A DNA stretch of 58,325 bases from Vicinamibacteria bacterium (GCA_963577695.1 CAUZAY010000001.1:1-58325); one strand, 5' to 3'. Shown: positions 25,706 to 35,042, counted from the first letter of the stretch. Notes: generated by a model from the sequence alone, not told the origin. Numbers and translations: made by a program.

Positions 25706-25862
25706 GCGGCTGCGCGGCTGGGCTCATGCGTGAGGCTGGTCAGTCGGCGTCCACCCGGGCCACGTTCGCCGAGTCGTCAGCGACCTCCACGATTGAACCG
25801 TAGGATACCGCGCGCGCGCCGCCCCGTCCGCGCGATATGATTGGCCGCATATCGGAGGCATC

Positions 25863-27797
25863 ATGAACAGATTCGCGCCAATGCTCGCCGCCACCACCAC
25901 CCTCGCGCTGTTGCTGCCTGGAGACGCGGTCGCGCAGATCGCGGAGTTCGATCTGGACGTCATCGAGTCGCCCGCACTCGACGGACAGCGCTTCGGCGAG
26001 GCCGGTCAATACGAGCTATTGCGAGGCATCGTCACCGGGGCAGTCGACCCGAACGACCCGCGCAACCAAGACATCGTGAATCTTGATCGCGCAACTCGGA
26101 ATGACGCCGGGCGGGTGGCGTACCGCACGACCGTCGAAATCTACCGACCGGTCGACATGACGCGGTGGAACCGCGGGATTTACCACACGGTGTCGAACCG
26201 CGGCCGATCCGGCCCGGCCGAGGTCGCGCTCCTCGAACGGGGCTTCGCGTTCGTACAGGTTGGATGGCAAGGTGACCTGACCCCCACCGACTCGAACATC
26301 GTCGCCTACCTGCCGGTCGCGACACAGGCAGACGGTGCGCCGATCGTCGGTCCGGCGCTCGAGGAGTTCATTTTCGACGACGCCGAGCAGGTGTCGCGTC
26401 GAACCTTGACCTATCCGGCTGCCTCGCTCGATTCGCGCGGCGGGATGATCTCGGTCAGGGCGAGTCAACGCGCGCGCCGCGAGACCCCGACCGATCTCGA
26501 CTGGACCTTTGTGAGCCCGACGGAGGTCGAGATTACGCGACCGGCCGGATTCGATGGCGGTGCGATCTACGAGTTCATCTATGAGGCCAAGGACCCGATC
26601 GTGATGGGCCTCGGCTTCGCCGCGATGCGCGACGCCATCTCATTCCTGCGGTACGAAGACACGGATGGCACCGGCCACACCAATCCACTCGCCACCGGAG
26701 GCCTGCCACGCACGGCGATCTCCCTCGGCGTGTCGCAGAGCGGTCGAATGTTGCGGGACTTTCTGTATCAGGGCTTCAACGAAGACGTGGCCGGCCGGAT
26801 CGTCTTCGACGGCATGCACCCGAACATCGCGGGGTCACGCAAGAGCTTCACGAACTATCAGTTCTCTCAGCCGGGTCGCTGGCAGAAGCAACACGAGGAC
26901 CACAACTACCCCGGCGACCAGTTCCCTTTTACCTATGCCACGTTGACGGACCCGATCAGCGGCCGCACGGATGGGCTGCTCGAGCGATGCCGCGTGTCGG
27001 GCACCTGTCCGAAGATCATCCACAGCGACGGCGAGGCGGAACTCTGGCAGGCGAGGGCGTCCCTGGTCGTGACCGACTCCCGTGGCCAGCACATCGAACA
27101 GCCGGATAACGTGCGGGTGTACCTGATTGCCGGTGTCCGACACGGTGGTGGCCCCGGCGTGCACGCGGCGACGCCGACACAGGGCATCTGTCAAAACCTG
27201 AACAATCCCCTGGCGCTGAGTCAGACCCGCGCGGCGTTGAGCCTCGCGCTGCAGGAGTGGGTGGCGCACGATATCGAGCCGCCGCCGAGTCGGTTCCCGA
27301 CCGTGGCAAACGGCGGACTTGTCACCGCCACCAGCATCGGCTTTCCGGATATCCCGGGGGTGACATACTCAGGATCGTACAATCCGCTGTCGCTGGCCGA
27401 TCATCGGTCGATGCCGCCGATGCAGGGCAACCCCTACACCGTGCTCGTGGCACGAACCGATACCGACGGCAACATGACCGGCGGTGTGCGACACCCCAAT
27501 CTCGCGGCGCCAATCGGCACGCATACGGGATGGAACCTGCGGCGTGAGGGCTTTGCCGCTGGCCAGCAATGTGGAGGCGCCGGGTCATACATCCCGTTCC
27601 CGGCCACCCGCGCCGACCGCGAATCCGCGAATGACCCTCGGCCGTCGTTCGAGGAACGGTATCCAAACCACGCCGCCTATGTGCGTGCGGTGTCTGACGC
27701 CGCTGACGCGTTGGTACGCGACCGTCTGCTGCTCCAGGGCGACGCGGACGACATTGTTTCGCTGGCGCGAGGCAGCCGCGACAAGACCGAAGACTAG
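25863..27797 (+). CDS. Secreted alpha/beta-hydrolase-domain protein (large uncharacterised family)
   Basis: Signal peptide MNRFAPMLAATTTLALLLPGDAVAQ. 644 aa with ..YRTTVEIYRP..NRG..FAFVQVGWQGD.. and ..GVSQSGRMLRDFLYQGFN.. (nucleophile-elbow-like GxSxSG). Its stop overlaps the next start (TAGTG, 27795..27799). Confidence 0.65.
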   Translation: MNRFAPMLAATTTLALLLPGDAVAQIAEFDLDVIESPALDGQRFGEAGQYELLRGIVTGAVDPNDPRNQDIVNLDRATRNDAGRVAYRTTVEIYRPVDMTRWNRGIYHTVSNRGRSGPAEVALLERGFAFVQVGWQGDLTPTDSNIVAYLPVATQADGAPIVGPALEEFIFDDAEQVSRRTLTYPAASLDSRGGMISVRASQRARRETPTDLDWTFVSPTEVEITRPAGFDGGAIYEFIYEAKDPIVMGLGFAAMRDAISFLRYEDTDGTGHTNPLATGGLPRTAISLGVSQSGRMLRDFLYQGFNEDVAGRIVFDGMHPNIAGSRKSFTNYQFSQPGRWQKQHEDHNYPGDQFPFTYATLTDPISGRTDGLLERCRVSGTCPKIIHSDGEAELWQARASLVVTDSRGQHIEQPDNVRVYLIAGVRHGGGPGVHAATPTQGICQNLNNPLALSQTRAALSLALQEWVAHDIEPPPSRFPTVANGGLVTATSIGFPDIPGVTYSGSYNPLSLADHRSMPPMQGNPYTVLVARTDTDGNMTGGVRHPNLAAPIGTHTGWNLRREGFAAGQQCGGAGSYIPFPATRADRESANDPRPSFEERYPNHAAYVRAVSDAADALVRDRLLLQGDADDIVSLARGSRDKTED

Positions 27798-28684
27798 TGT
27801 CCGTGGCCGACGCCCCATCGTTCCCCGCCAGCGGGCCTCACGAGTACGACCGCTTCGCTGACATTTACGATGTCTGGACCGAGACCGCCGCGTCGACGCA
27901 GGCCAACCTGCGGTTCTACGTCGATGCCTACCTGGCGGCGCAGGGACCCGTGGTGGAGTTGGGCGTCGGTGACGGACGCATCGCCGTGCACGCGGCGACG
28001 CGGGGCTGCTCCGTGATCGGGGTGGACGCATCCAGCGCCATGCTGGACCTGTGCCGGGCGCGCGCGACACGGGCCGGGGTCACCGACCGCGTCGACCTGC
28101 GGCAGGCCGATTTTCGAGACTTCACGCTGACCGAACCGGCCGACCTCATTGCGCTCCCGTACCACAGCATCGGGCACTTGACCACACTCGACGACAAGCG
28201 TCGCGCGCTCCACCAGGTGTTCACACAACTTCGACCGGGTGGACGGTTCATCTTCGACGACTTCCTCATGACTCCCGCGCTCATCACGCACATGCGGCAG
28301 ATGCAGCTGCGAGCCATGTATCCGTCGTCGTCATCATCCCCGACCCCGCCGCCTCGCGCATCGACCGCACGCTCACCGGAACAGGACACCCTCCTGTGGG
28401 TCACCTCGCTCGTGGACGAATCGTCCCAATCGCTCACGGTCGTTACGTGGGAGGATCTCCTGCACCCCGACGGGCGTCTCGACACGCGACGCTATCGCCG
28501 GCTGAGTCTGAGCTGGCTGCTCCCGACCCAGGCGCGACAACTGCTCGACGACGCCGGGTTCGAGGTTGAGGCCTGTTTCGGCGACTTTCAGCGCACCCCA
28601 TTCGCTGACGCCACCGCGGTGGAGCAGGTCTGGATCGCGCGCAAGCCCACACCAGACAACGCTAACGTGAGGACCACGACGTGA
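27797..28684 (+). CDS. Class I SAM-dependent methyltransferase
   Basis: Motif I VVELGVGDGRIA, post-I VIGVDASSAML and LRPGGRFIFDDF. It carries an internal low-complexity insert YPSSSSSPTPPPRASTARSPEQ. Confidence 0.8.
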   Translation: MSVADAPSFPASGPHEYDRFADIYDVWTETAASTQANLRFYVDAYLAAQGPVVELGVGDGRIAVHAATRGCSVIGVDASSAMLDLCRARATRAGVTDRVDLRQADFRDFTLTEPADLIALPYHSIGHLTTLDDKRRALHQVFTQLRPGGRFIFDDFLMTPALITHMRQMQLRAMYPSSSSSPTPPPRASTARSPEQDTLLWVTSLVDESSQSLTVVTWEDLLHPDGRLDTRRYRRLSLSWLLPTQARQLLDDAGFEVEACFGDFQRTPFADATAVEQVWIARKPTPDNANVRTTT

Positions 28685-29043
28685 CGATCGGGACAACGGG
28701 GCTCAAGAATCTGCGGATCGATTGTGTGGTGGGCGTCTACGACCACGAGCGCGCGACACCCCAGCCGGTGCTGTTCGACATCGAGTTGGACTACGACTTC
28801 GCGGCCGCAGCCGGCTCCGACGCCATCGGCGACGCCATGGACTATGACCGCGCCGCCACCGCGGTAACGGCGCTGGTCCAGGAGCGCCAGTTCGCGCTGC
28901 TGGAAAGCATGGCGGAAGCGGTCGCGGCGCACTTGCTGGACGAGATGCCACCGGTACAGACCGTGCGTCTGGAGATCAGAAAGCCGCAGGCCGTGCCGGC
29001 CGCCGCTGGTTCGTTCGTGCGGGTGGAGCGCACCCGCGGATGA
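28681..29043 (+). CDS. folB: Dihydroneopterin aldolase (FolB/FolX-type T-fold protein)
   Basis: 120 aa. LKNLRIDCVVGVYDHERATPQPVLFDIELDYDF...SDAIGDAMDYDRAATAVTALV..RQFALLESMAE is the FolB pattern. The GTG start overlaps the upstream stop (GTGA). Confidence 0.8.
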   Translation: MTIGTTGLKNLRIDCVVGVYDHERATPQPVLFDIELDYDFAAAAGSDAIGDAMDYDRAATAVTALVQERQFALLESMAEAVAAHLLDEMPPVQTVRLEIRKPQAVPAAAGSFVRVERTRG

Positions 29044-29771
29044 GTGTGTCCGGTGACGCACCGGTGGCGGTGGTGACCGGCGGAGCCCGGCGACTCGGCC
29101 GCCACCTGTGCATGATGCTGGCTGCACGCGGCTTCGACCTCGTGGTGCTCTATCGCACGGCGGAGGCAGACGCTCGGTCGCTCACGTCGGAGGTCAAGGC
29201 CCGCGGTCGGCGCGCCCGAGCGCTCCAGGTGAATGTCGCCGTCGAGGCGGAAGTGGCGTCGGTGTTCCAGAACATCCGAGCCGCCGAAGACCGGGTCGAT
29301 CTCCTGGTCAACAATGTCGGCAACTACAACCCGCAGCATGTGACCAAGCTCGACCCGACCGTGTGGGATGCGACCCTCGCCGCCAATCTATCGGGGGCCT
29401 TCTATTGCTGCTATCACGCGCTTCCGTTCATGTCTGACAATGGGAACATCATCAATGTCGGCATGGCCGGGTTGGAGGGGATCCGCGCCAACGTCCACGG
29501 CACCGACTACTACGTCAGCAAGACCGGTCTGCTCGTGTTGACGCGTGCGCTGGCGGCGGCGCACGCCGACCGTCGGATCCGCGTGAACATGGTGTCGCCG
29601 GGACAACTCGACAACTCCATCGATCTCCCGCCACCGGACAAGATCGGCCGGACCGTGCCGCTGGGCCGGGCCGGGCATCTCGCCGACGTCACCCAGGCGG
29701 TCGAATATCTGCTCGACGCCAGCTACGTCACCGGCGTCAACATCGACATCTCAGGTGGCTACCGGCTCTAG
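29040..29771 (+). CDS. Short-chain dehydrogenase/reductase (pteridine-reductase/FolM-like glycine motif)
   Basis: VAVVTGGARRLGRHLC, NNVGN, and catalytic YYVSK. The ATG overlaps the folB stop (ATGA). Confidence 0.8.
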   Translation: MSVSGDAPVAVVTGGARRLGRHLCMMLAARGFDLVVLYRTAEADARSLTSEVKARGRRARALQVNVAVEAEVASVFQNIRAAEDRVDLLVNNVGNYNPQHVTKLDPTVWDATLAANLSGAFYCCYHALPFMSDNGNIINVGMAGLEGIRANVHGTDYYVSKTGLLVLTRALAAAHADRRIRVNMVSPGQLDNSIDLPPPDKIGRTVPLGRAGHLADVTQAVEYLLDASYVTGVNIDISGGYRL

Positions 29772-30963
29772 AACCGTGCGTCTCAGCGGACGGTCCCTGG
29801 CCACCACCGCCACGTCCCTGCTCCCTCTGTGGGACCGGGCGGCCGAGTGGAAGTGCCGTCTCCGCATGGTGGCCGGAGCCCGGCAGTTCCTGTATCTCTC
29901 GACCTACTACCTGGAGTACGACGCGTACGGCACCCAACTGCTCACAGACCTGGTCGAAGCGCAGCGACGCGGGGTTGCGGTGCACCTGCTGATCGACCGC
30001 TTTGGCCAGACGCTTGGCGGCGTGCTGATGAGAGCGGACGTCCAGGCGACGCTTGCCGCCCGACTCGACGACCTCCGCACGGCGGGGGCGACGGTCGAGT
30101 TCTACGCGCCGCAACACTACCTGCAGCGGCGACTGGGCGGTGGCCAGCATGTCAAGATTCAGGTCTCCGAGGCAGGTGAAGCGGTGTTCGGGAGCAGCAA
30201 CATCACCGCCTCGAGTTTCGAGCGTTGGCACGAATACTCCGTCGCGGTGCGCGGACCCATCGTGCCCACGCTGTTGGCCAGCTACCGCGAGATTGGCGGC
30301 ACGGTGGACGACACCCACCTGCGGCACCTGGAGGAGAACGCAGCCAATCCGCCAGCGGACATCGCGCGCAACGTCGACCTCGAATACTGGTTCTGCAACC
30401 CGAATCTGCACCAGGGCCGGCGAGGGCCACTCTGGTGGCGCGGCCGGAACGTGGTGACCGACCGCCTGGTGGCCCTGGTGGATGGCGCCCGCGAGCGACT
30501 CCAGATCACCGCGTTCTATTTCAAGCCGATACCGGCGTTGATGGACGCGGTGTTCCGAGCCGCTCGCCGGGGGGTGCAGATAGAGGTGTACCATTCGCAT
30601 CGGGAGGCACTCGACGCCACCGACCTGGCGTGGATTGCGGCGGCGGCCAGTTACGACCGGCTGCTGGACGCGGGCGTGCGCATCTATGAGCATCGGTGCG
30701 GCGAGCACTCGAAAATCGTGCTCGTGGACGCCGGCCCGGTCGCCTTCGGCAGCTACAACTTCGAGGACGCCGCGCACGACCGGCTCGCGGAGGCGATGCT
30801 GGCCACGCGCGATGCCCGCGCCGTGGCCCACGCGTCATCCATCTTCGACGAGCTGCGTGGGGACCCAAACAACATTCCGGTCACGAACCCGTTCCGAGAC
30901 CGGCTCTCCCGATCGCTGAGGTGCCGACTGGCGTTGATGGGCCGTTTCAAGCGATGGATGTAG
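29755..30963 (+). CDS. Phospholipase D superfamily protein with two HKD motifs
   Basis: HKD-1 is HVKIQVSEAGEAVFGSSNI (Glu in the Asp position). HKD-2 is HSKIVLVDAGPVAFGSYNF (canonical). No TM segment seen. The start is GTG 29755 (17-nt overlap with the SDR gene) or GTG 29776. Confidence 0.8.
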   Translation: MATGSRTVRLSGRSLATTATSLLPLWDRAAEWKCRLRMVAGARQFLYLSTYYLEYDAYGTQLLTDLVEAQRRGVAVHLLIDRFGQTLGGVLMRADVQATLAARLDDLRTAGATVEFYAPQHYLQRRLGGGQHVKIQVSEAGEAVFGSSNITASSFERWHEYSVAVRGPIVPTLLASYREIGGTVDDTHLRHLEENAANPPADIARNVDLEYWFCNPNLHQGRRGPLWWRGRNVVTDRLVALVDGARERLQITAFYFKPIPALMDAVFRAARRGVQIEVYHSHREALDATDLAWIAAAASYDRLLDAGVRIYEHRCGEHSKIVLVDAGPVAFGSYNFEDAAHDRLAEAMLATRDARAVAHASSIFDELRGDPNNIPVTNPFRDRLSRSLRCRLALMGRFKRWM

Positions 30964-30979
30964 TCGAGAGGACACCGGC

Positions 30980-31567
30980 GTGACGCCACAAGACCTGCGG
31001 TTCACAGAAATCGAGCACAAGTTCCTGGTCGACGACCGGTTCGACCTGGCCGTCTTCGACACGACCTTGGGCGACCTGGGCCCAGAGAAGACCACGTCGA
31101 TACAGGTCCGCGACCGCTACTACCTGACCGCGGGCGGGCAAGCCGGAGGATTTCTCATCCGGCATCGTTTCGACCCCGAGCTGCACCATCTGACGCTGAA
31201 GGCCGTGGGACCGGACACCGAGGCGCGCTCAGAGATCAACCTCGACCTCGGCCACCATGCCGGCGACCAGCAGGCCGCGGTCGACGCGTTTCTCGACCGG
31301 CTTGGGGTTGAGTGGCGCGGCACGCTCCAGAAGGACCTGCGCGTGTGGCAATTCGCGGACATAGAAGTGGTCCACTACTGCGCCACGACCGAGACCCGGG
31401 CCGTCCGATGTGTGGAATTCGAAGCGACCCACAAACCCTCGCTGACCGACGCGCTCGACGTCGTGCACCGGTATGAGCGTGCGACCGGGTTTGACGAGCG
31501 GGATCGGTCACGCCTGTCACTTCCGCAAATGCTCTTTCCGGAAATCGCGGTGGCGTTCGGGGACTAA
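30980..31567 (+). CDS. CYTH domain protein (triphosphate tunnel metalloenzyme / class IV cyclase fold)
   Basis: N-terminal EIEHKFLV (ExExK signature), 195 aa. It lies 16 nt after the PLD gene. Confidence 0.75.
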   Translation: MTPQDLRFTEIEHKFLVDDRFDLAVFDTTLGDLGPEKTTSIQVRDRYYLTAGGQAGGFLIRHRFDPELHHLTLKAVGPDTEARSEINLDLGHHAGDQQAAVDAFLDRLGVEWRGTLQKDLRVWQFADIEVVHYCATTETRAVRCVEFEATHKPSLTDALDVVHRYERATGFDERDRSRLSLPQMLFPEIAVAFGD

Positions 31568-31593
31568 CGCGAGCGACCGGCAACCGGGTCGCG

Positions 31594-33336
31594 TCAGGGC
31601 AGCTTGAAGACGAACAGCGTGTTGCCGCGACCTGGCTGCTGGATCTCCGGCGTGAGTCCGCGGAAATTGATACCGCCACCGGCCGCAATGGCGAGGTATT
31701 GCACGCCGTCGTGCATGTAGGAGACCGGAAACCCGCCCGCGCTCGAGTTGAGAATCTGCTCCCACAGGATGTCGCCACTGCGGGCGTCGAAGGCGCGAAA
31801 CCGCCGGGCGTCATCGGTCACGAACACCAGACCGCCACCGGTGGTCAGCACCGAACCACCCATGCCGGCCCGCTGCCGATACACCCAGAGCGGCTGGCCG
31901 GTGGTCAGGTCCATGGCCGTGAACTGACCGATTTCGCCGTCGATGTCCGGGGCCGGTGCCTGCGCGATCCGGGCCGACCCGTGGTGGGCGCCAGGCCGGT
32001 CACGGAACTGATTGAGCGTCAGGTCCATGCAGACGTTGTTGGTCGGCGCGTACAGCGCGTTCGTTCCAGGGTGGTAGGCGGTCGCCTGCCAGTTGATACC
32101 ACCCAAGGCGCTCGGGCAGACGAACACGGGCTTCCCCACCTCCGGGAACTTCAACGCTGAGTTGAGAATGACCCGGCGGCTCTCGGCGTCGATATCCACC
32201 ACGACGTTCTGATAGTTGGTGGGCTCGGCCCACAGGAACGCACCGGTCGCGGCGTCCAGGGCCCAGACGATGCCGGTCTTGCCCGGGATGCCGGTCACGA
32301 TCTTGCGGCGCCCGCCCGGCGTGATCGAACTGTTCTTCCACCGAACCGCGGCGTCCGGCGAGACCTCTGTCTCGACCACTAACCGGGCGTAGGGATGGTC
32401 GAGATCCCACTCGTCATTGGGAATGTGTTGAAAATACCAGACGATGTCTCCCGTGTCGGCATTCAACGCCAGCGTGGAATTCGTATAGAGGACGTCGCCG
32501 TCTCCGGTTCCGCGCTGGACGGAGCCCCATGGAATCGGCACCCCCACTCCGGTATAGATCAGGTTCAACTCCGGGTCGTAGCTCGGTGAGTTCCACGCGG
32601 AGCCGCCGCGACGGTCCTCGTCCGGCACGTCACCCCAGCTGTCGTAACCAAACTCGCCCCGGCCAGGGATGGTGTAGGTGCGCCACGCCTCCTCACCCGT
32701 GTCGACGTCGTGGGCCGACACCCAGCAGCGGGTGTTGAGGTGATAGCAGCCCGACATGCCAGCGACGACGCGCCCTTTGATCACCATCGGGCCGCCGGAG
32801 TAGTGCTGGCCGATGGTCCAGTCGCCGACCTCCACGTCCCACGCGACGTCGCCCGTACGCGCATCCAGGGCGACCAGATGGGCGTCGTGAGTCGCGATAA
32901 ACAACTTGTCTTGATAGAGAGCACCGTTGCGGTTCGCACACGACAACCTCGCCGCGTGGTCGACGCGCTCGCGGCGATACTGCCAAATGCGGGACCCGTC
33001 ACGCACGTCGAGCGCCTCGACGAAGTCGCACGCCTGCACCAGGAACATCATCCCGTCGTGCACCAGCGGGGTCGTTTCCTGAAGACCTTCGCCCATTGTC
33101 CAGGCCCAGGCGAGACGGAGGGTGCCGACATTGGATGTGTTGATCTGGTCGAGTGGGCTGTGGCCCCAGTGGCCGTAGGTCCGCCGCCACATGGGCCAGT
33201 CGCCGGGCGCCGGATCGACGAGCATCTCGTCGGTCACTGGCGTGTAGCTGTCGGCGACCGACTGCGCCGACACGACAGACCCGGCGACCACGACGAGGCA
33301 CAAGACACCAATCACCCACCGGCACGCTATTCGCAT
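31594..33336 (-). CDS. PQQ-dependent dehydrogenase, methanol/ethanol family-like beta-propeller
   Basis: ATG 33336 with GGGAGAG SD. Signal peptide MRIACRWVIGVLCLVVVAGSVVSAQS. W-rich propeller repeats throughout (..LRLAWAW.., ..GDVAWD.., ..GDIVWY.., ..GAFLW.., ..GQPLW.., ..GDILW..). Confidence 0.8.
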   Translation of the reverse strand: MRIACRWVIGVLCLVVVAGSVVSAQSVADSYTPVTDEMLVDPAPGDWPMWRRTYGHWGHSPLDQINTSNVGTLRLAWAWTMGEGLQETTPLVHDGMMFLVQACDFVEALDVRDGSRIWQYRRERVDHAARLSCANRNGALYQDKLFIATHDAHLVALDARTGDVAWDVEVGDWTIGQHYSGGPMVIKGRVVAGMSGCYHLNTRCWVSAHDVDTGEEAWRTYTIPGRGEFGYDSWGDVPDEDRRGGSAWNSPSYDPELNLIYTGVGVPIPWGSVQRGTGDGDVLYTNSTLALNADTGDIVWYFQHIPNDEWDLDHPYARLVVETEVSPDAAVRWKNSSITPGGRRKIVTGIPGKTGIVWALDAATGAFLWAEPTNYQNVVVDIDAESRRVILNSALKFPEVGKPVFVCPSALGGINWQATAYHPGTNALYAPTNNVCMDLTLNQFRDRPGAHHGSARIAQAPAPDIDGEIGQFTAMDLTTGQPLWVYRQRAGMGGSVLTTGGGLVFVTDDARRFRAFDARSGDILWEQILNSSAGGFPVSYMHDGVQYLAIAAGGGINFRGLTPEIQQPGRGNTLFVFKLP

Positions 33337-33567
33337 TGCTCTCTCCCTGGACCAGCGCCCACCCGAAGACCGTCGCAACGATGGCGCCATTCTACGGCAG
33401 ATCGGCCGCCGGCGCGCTCTCCGGCGCGAGGTACCAACGGGGCGCGTCTGCGATGCGCAGGACGGGAACCGCACCTAGGCGGCGCGCTAACCGCGAAGGA
33501 CAGTCGTCCGCAGTGCGGACCCGACCGGACAACACCTATGGCATACCCATAGAGTGTTGAAGTAATC

Positions 33568-33582
33568 TGTGGATATCCCACA
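33568..33582. promoter_or_regulatory. Near-perfect palindrome TGTGGATATCCCACA overlapping the padR start codon (candidate autoregulatory operator)
   Basis: It shares ATCCCACATG with the repeats at 24762..24810. A second palindrome CTATGG-CATAC-CCATAG lies about 30 nt upstream. Confidence 0.35.
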
Positions 33583-34079
33583 TGACTAAGACGTCCTCGA
33601 AGACAGATGTATGGCAAGGCACGTTGGCGCTGATGATCCTCAAGACGCTCGAGGCGCTCGGACCGCTGCACGGCTACGGGGTCGCCCGTCGCATCGAACA
33701 GACCAGTGGCGACCTGCTGGCGATCAACTACGGCACGCTCTACCCCCAACTGATGAAGCTCGAGCAGGAGGGCTACATCGCGGGTGAGTGGGGCGTCTCA
33801 GAGAACGGCCGGAAAGCTAAGTTCTACCGACTCACGCGGACCGGTCGTACTCGACTCGCGTCGGCCACACAGGACTGGGAGCAGGCCGGAGCGATCATGG
33901 CCAAGTTCCTGGCGCCAAAGGAGGCGTACATTGGGCGGCGTCGGCGGGGTCCACTGTTCTCATCGGGTGGTTCGCGGTCGGCTGGTGGCGGTCGCGAAAC
34001 GTCGGAGTGGCCACACTATCCGCCCCACCTGGACGGGAAACAAGAACGGTTAACTTTTGCCGCAAGCAAGGCAACATAA
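33582..34079 (+). CDS. PadR-family transcriptional regulator (acidobacterial type) with an anomalous ~50-aa C-terminal extension and no permease partner
   Basis: WQGTLALMILKTLEALGPLHGYGVARRIEQ...GTLYPQLMKLEQEGYIAGEWGVSENGRKAKFYRLTRTGR. Homology ends near residue ~113. The tail (RRRRGPLFSSGGSRSAGGGRE..) looks non-native. Confidence 0.8.
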   Translation: MTKTSSKTDVWQGTLALMILKTLEALGPLHGYGVARRIEQTSGDLLAINYGTLYPQLMKLEQEGYIAGEWGVSENGRKAKFYRLTRTGRTRLASATQDWEQAGAIMAKFLAPKEAYIGRRRRGPLFSSGGSRSAGGGRETSEWPHYPPHLDGKQERLTFAASKAT

Positions 34080-34169
34080 ATGTTGCGTAATACGCAAACG
34101 CGCCCGATTCCATGAGAACGCAACTCGTCGATGGCTGCTTCAAAAGACTGCTTTCACGTCATTCAACCG

Positions 34170-34198
34170 TTGACAGAATTGGCACAGAAGCCTCTAAT
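34170..34198 (+). promoter_or_regulatory. Sigma-70-like promoter for aqpZ
   Basis: TTGACA (34170..34175), a 17-nt spacer, then TCTAAT (34193..34198). AGGAG SD lies about 10 nt before ATG 34252. The 15-nt palindrome TTGCGTA-A-TACGCAA lies at 34083..34097 upstream. Confidence 0.45.
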
Positions 34199-34251
34199 GC
34201 GGAAACTCAGCGCTCGACAACCCAAGCAATAACAGCACAGGAGATCGCGTT

Positions 34252-34944
34252 ATGAACGTCAAGGCTACGATCGCAGAACTTATAGGCACCTTCATCCTTG
34301 TTTTCATTGGAACAGCCACGGCCGTTCTGGCTGGCTCAACACTACTCGGCGAGAGTGGCATGCCCATTCTAGCGATTGCCTTCGCGTTCGGCTTTACCCT
34401 GATGGTGCTGGTTTACACGATCGGACCAATTTCGGGCTGTCACATCAATCCGGCCGTGACGATTGCGATGCTCATCGCCAAGAAGATTTCAGTTAAAGAT
34501 GCTGTCCCCTACATGGTTGCACAAGTCATTGGCGGCATTTTGGCCAGCGTGGTTCTGCGGGCGCTGTTAACAGGCATCCAGACCTACAGCGTCGGACAAC
34601 ATGGGCTCGGCGCCAACGGCATCGCGCTCGGCGACCTCATGACACCTGGATCGATGCTCGGTTTCGAAATCGTGCTGACAGCCCTCTTCCTTTACGTCAT
34701 CTTCAACGCCACATCGTCCAGGGCAACCCCCGGCGCAGCCGGCCTGGCCATCGGCGGATTTCTGTTTGTGGCCCATTTGATCGGCGTACCGCTGGGCGAC
34801 TCGTCATTGAACCCAGCCCGTAGCATTGGCCCAGCTCTACTGCAGGGCGGTGCAGCCGTCAGCGAGCTTTGGATCTTCGTCGTTGGCCCAATCGTTGGCG
34901 CCGTGATTGGCGCCTTGCTCTACAAGCTGACCGCTGACGAATAG
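34252..34944 (+). CDS. aqpZ: Aquaporin Z (MIP family water channel)
   Basis: 230 aa with both NPA boxes (SGCHINPAVT and SLNPARS) and six hydrophobic segments. Codon usage is visibly AT-richer than the neighbouring genes. Confidence 0.9.
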   Translation: MNVKATIAELIGTFILVFIGTATAVLAGSTLLGESGMPILAIAFAFGFTLMVLVYTIGPISGCHINPAVTIAMLIAKKISVKDAVPYMVAQVIGGILASVVLRALLTGIQTYSVGQHGLGANGIALGDLMTPGSMLGFEIVLTALFLYVIFNATSSRATPGAAGLAIGGFLFVAHLIGVPLGDSSLNPARSIGPALLQGGAAVSELWIFVVGPIVGAVIGALLYKLTADE

Positions 34945-34972
34945 AGTTCGCCGAAAGGCAATTCCCCAAAAC

Positions 34973-34994
34973 GCTGAGCCACAAACGGCTCAGC
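34973..34994 (+). terminator. Hairpin downstream of aqpZ
   Basis: GCTGAGCC-ACAAAC-GGCTCAGC (8-bp stem), followed by a second small hairpin ACGCG-CATA-CGCGT. No U-tract. Confidence 0.3.
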
Positions 34995-35042
34995 AACGCG
35001 CATACGCGTCATCTTAACGCCATCGGGCCATCCACAGCGCTG

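Noticed and set aside
29755-31567. PLD + CYTH read as an anti-phage signalling system (cyclase plus nuclease effector)
   Set aside because: This is not adopted as the primary call. The pair is translationally embedded with FolB, an SDR and a small-molecule-type MTase. No sensor, TIR, SAVED or other defence hallmarks are adjacent, and the PLD resembles lipid-type two-HKD enzymes as much as Nuc-type nucleases. It is kept as an alternative in the operon finding.
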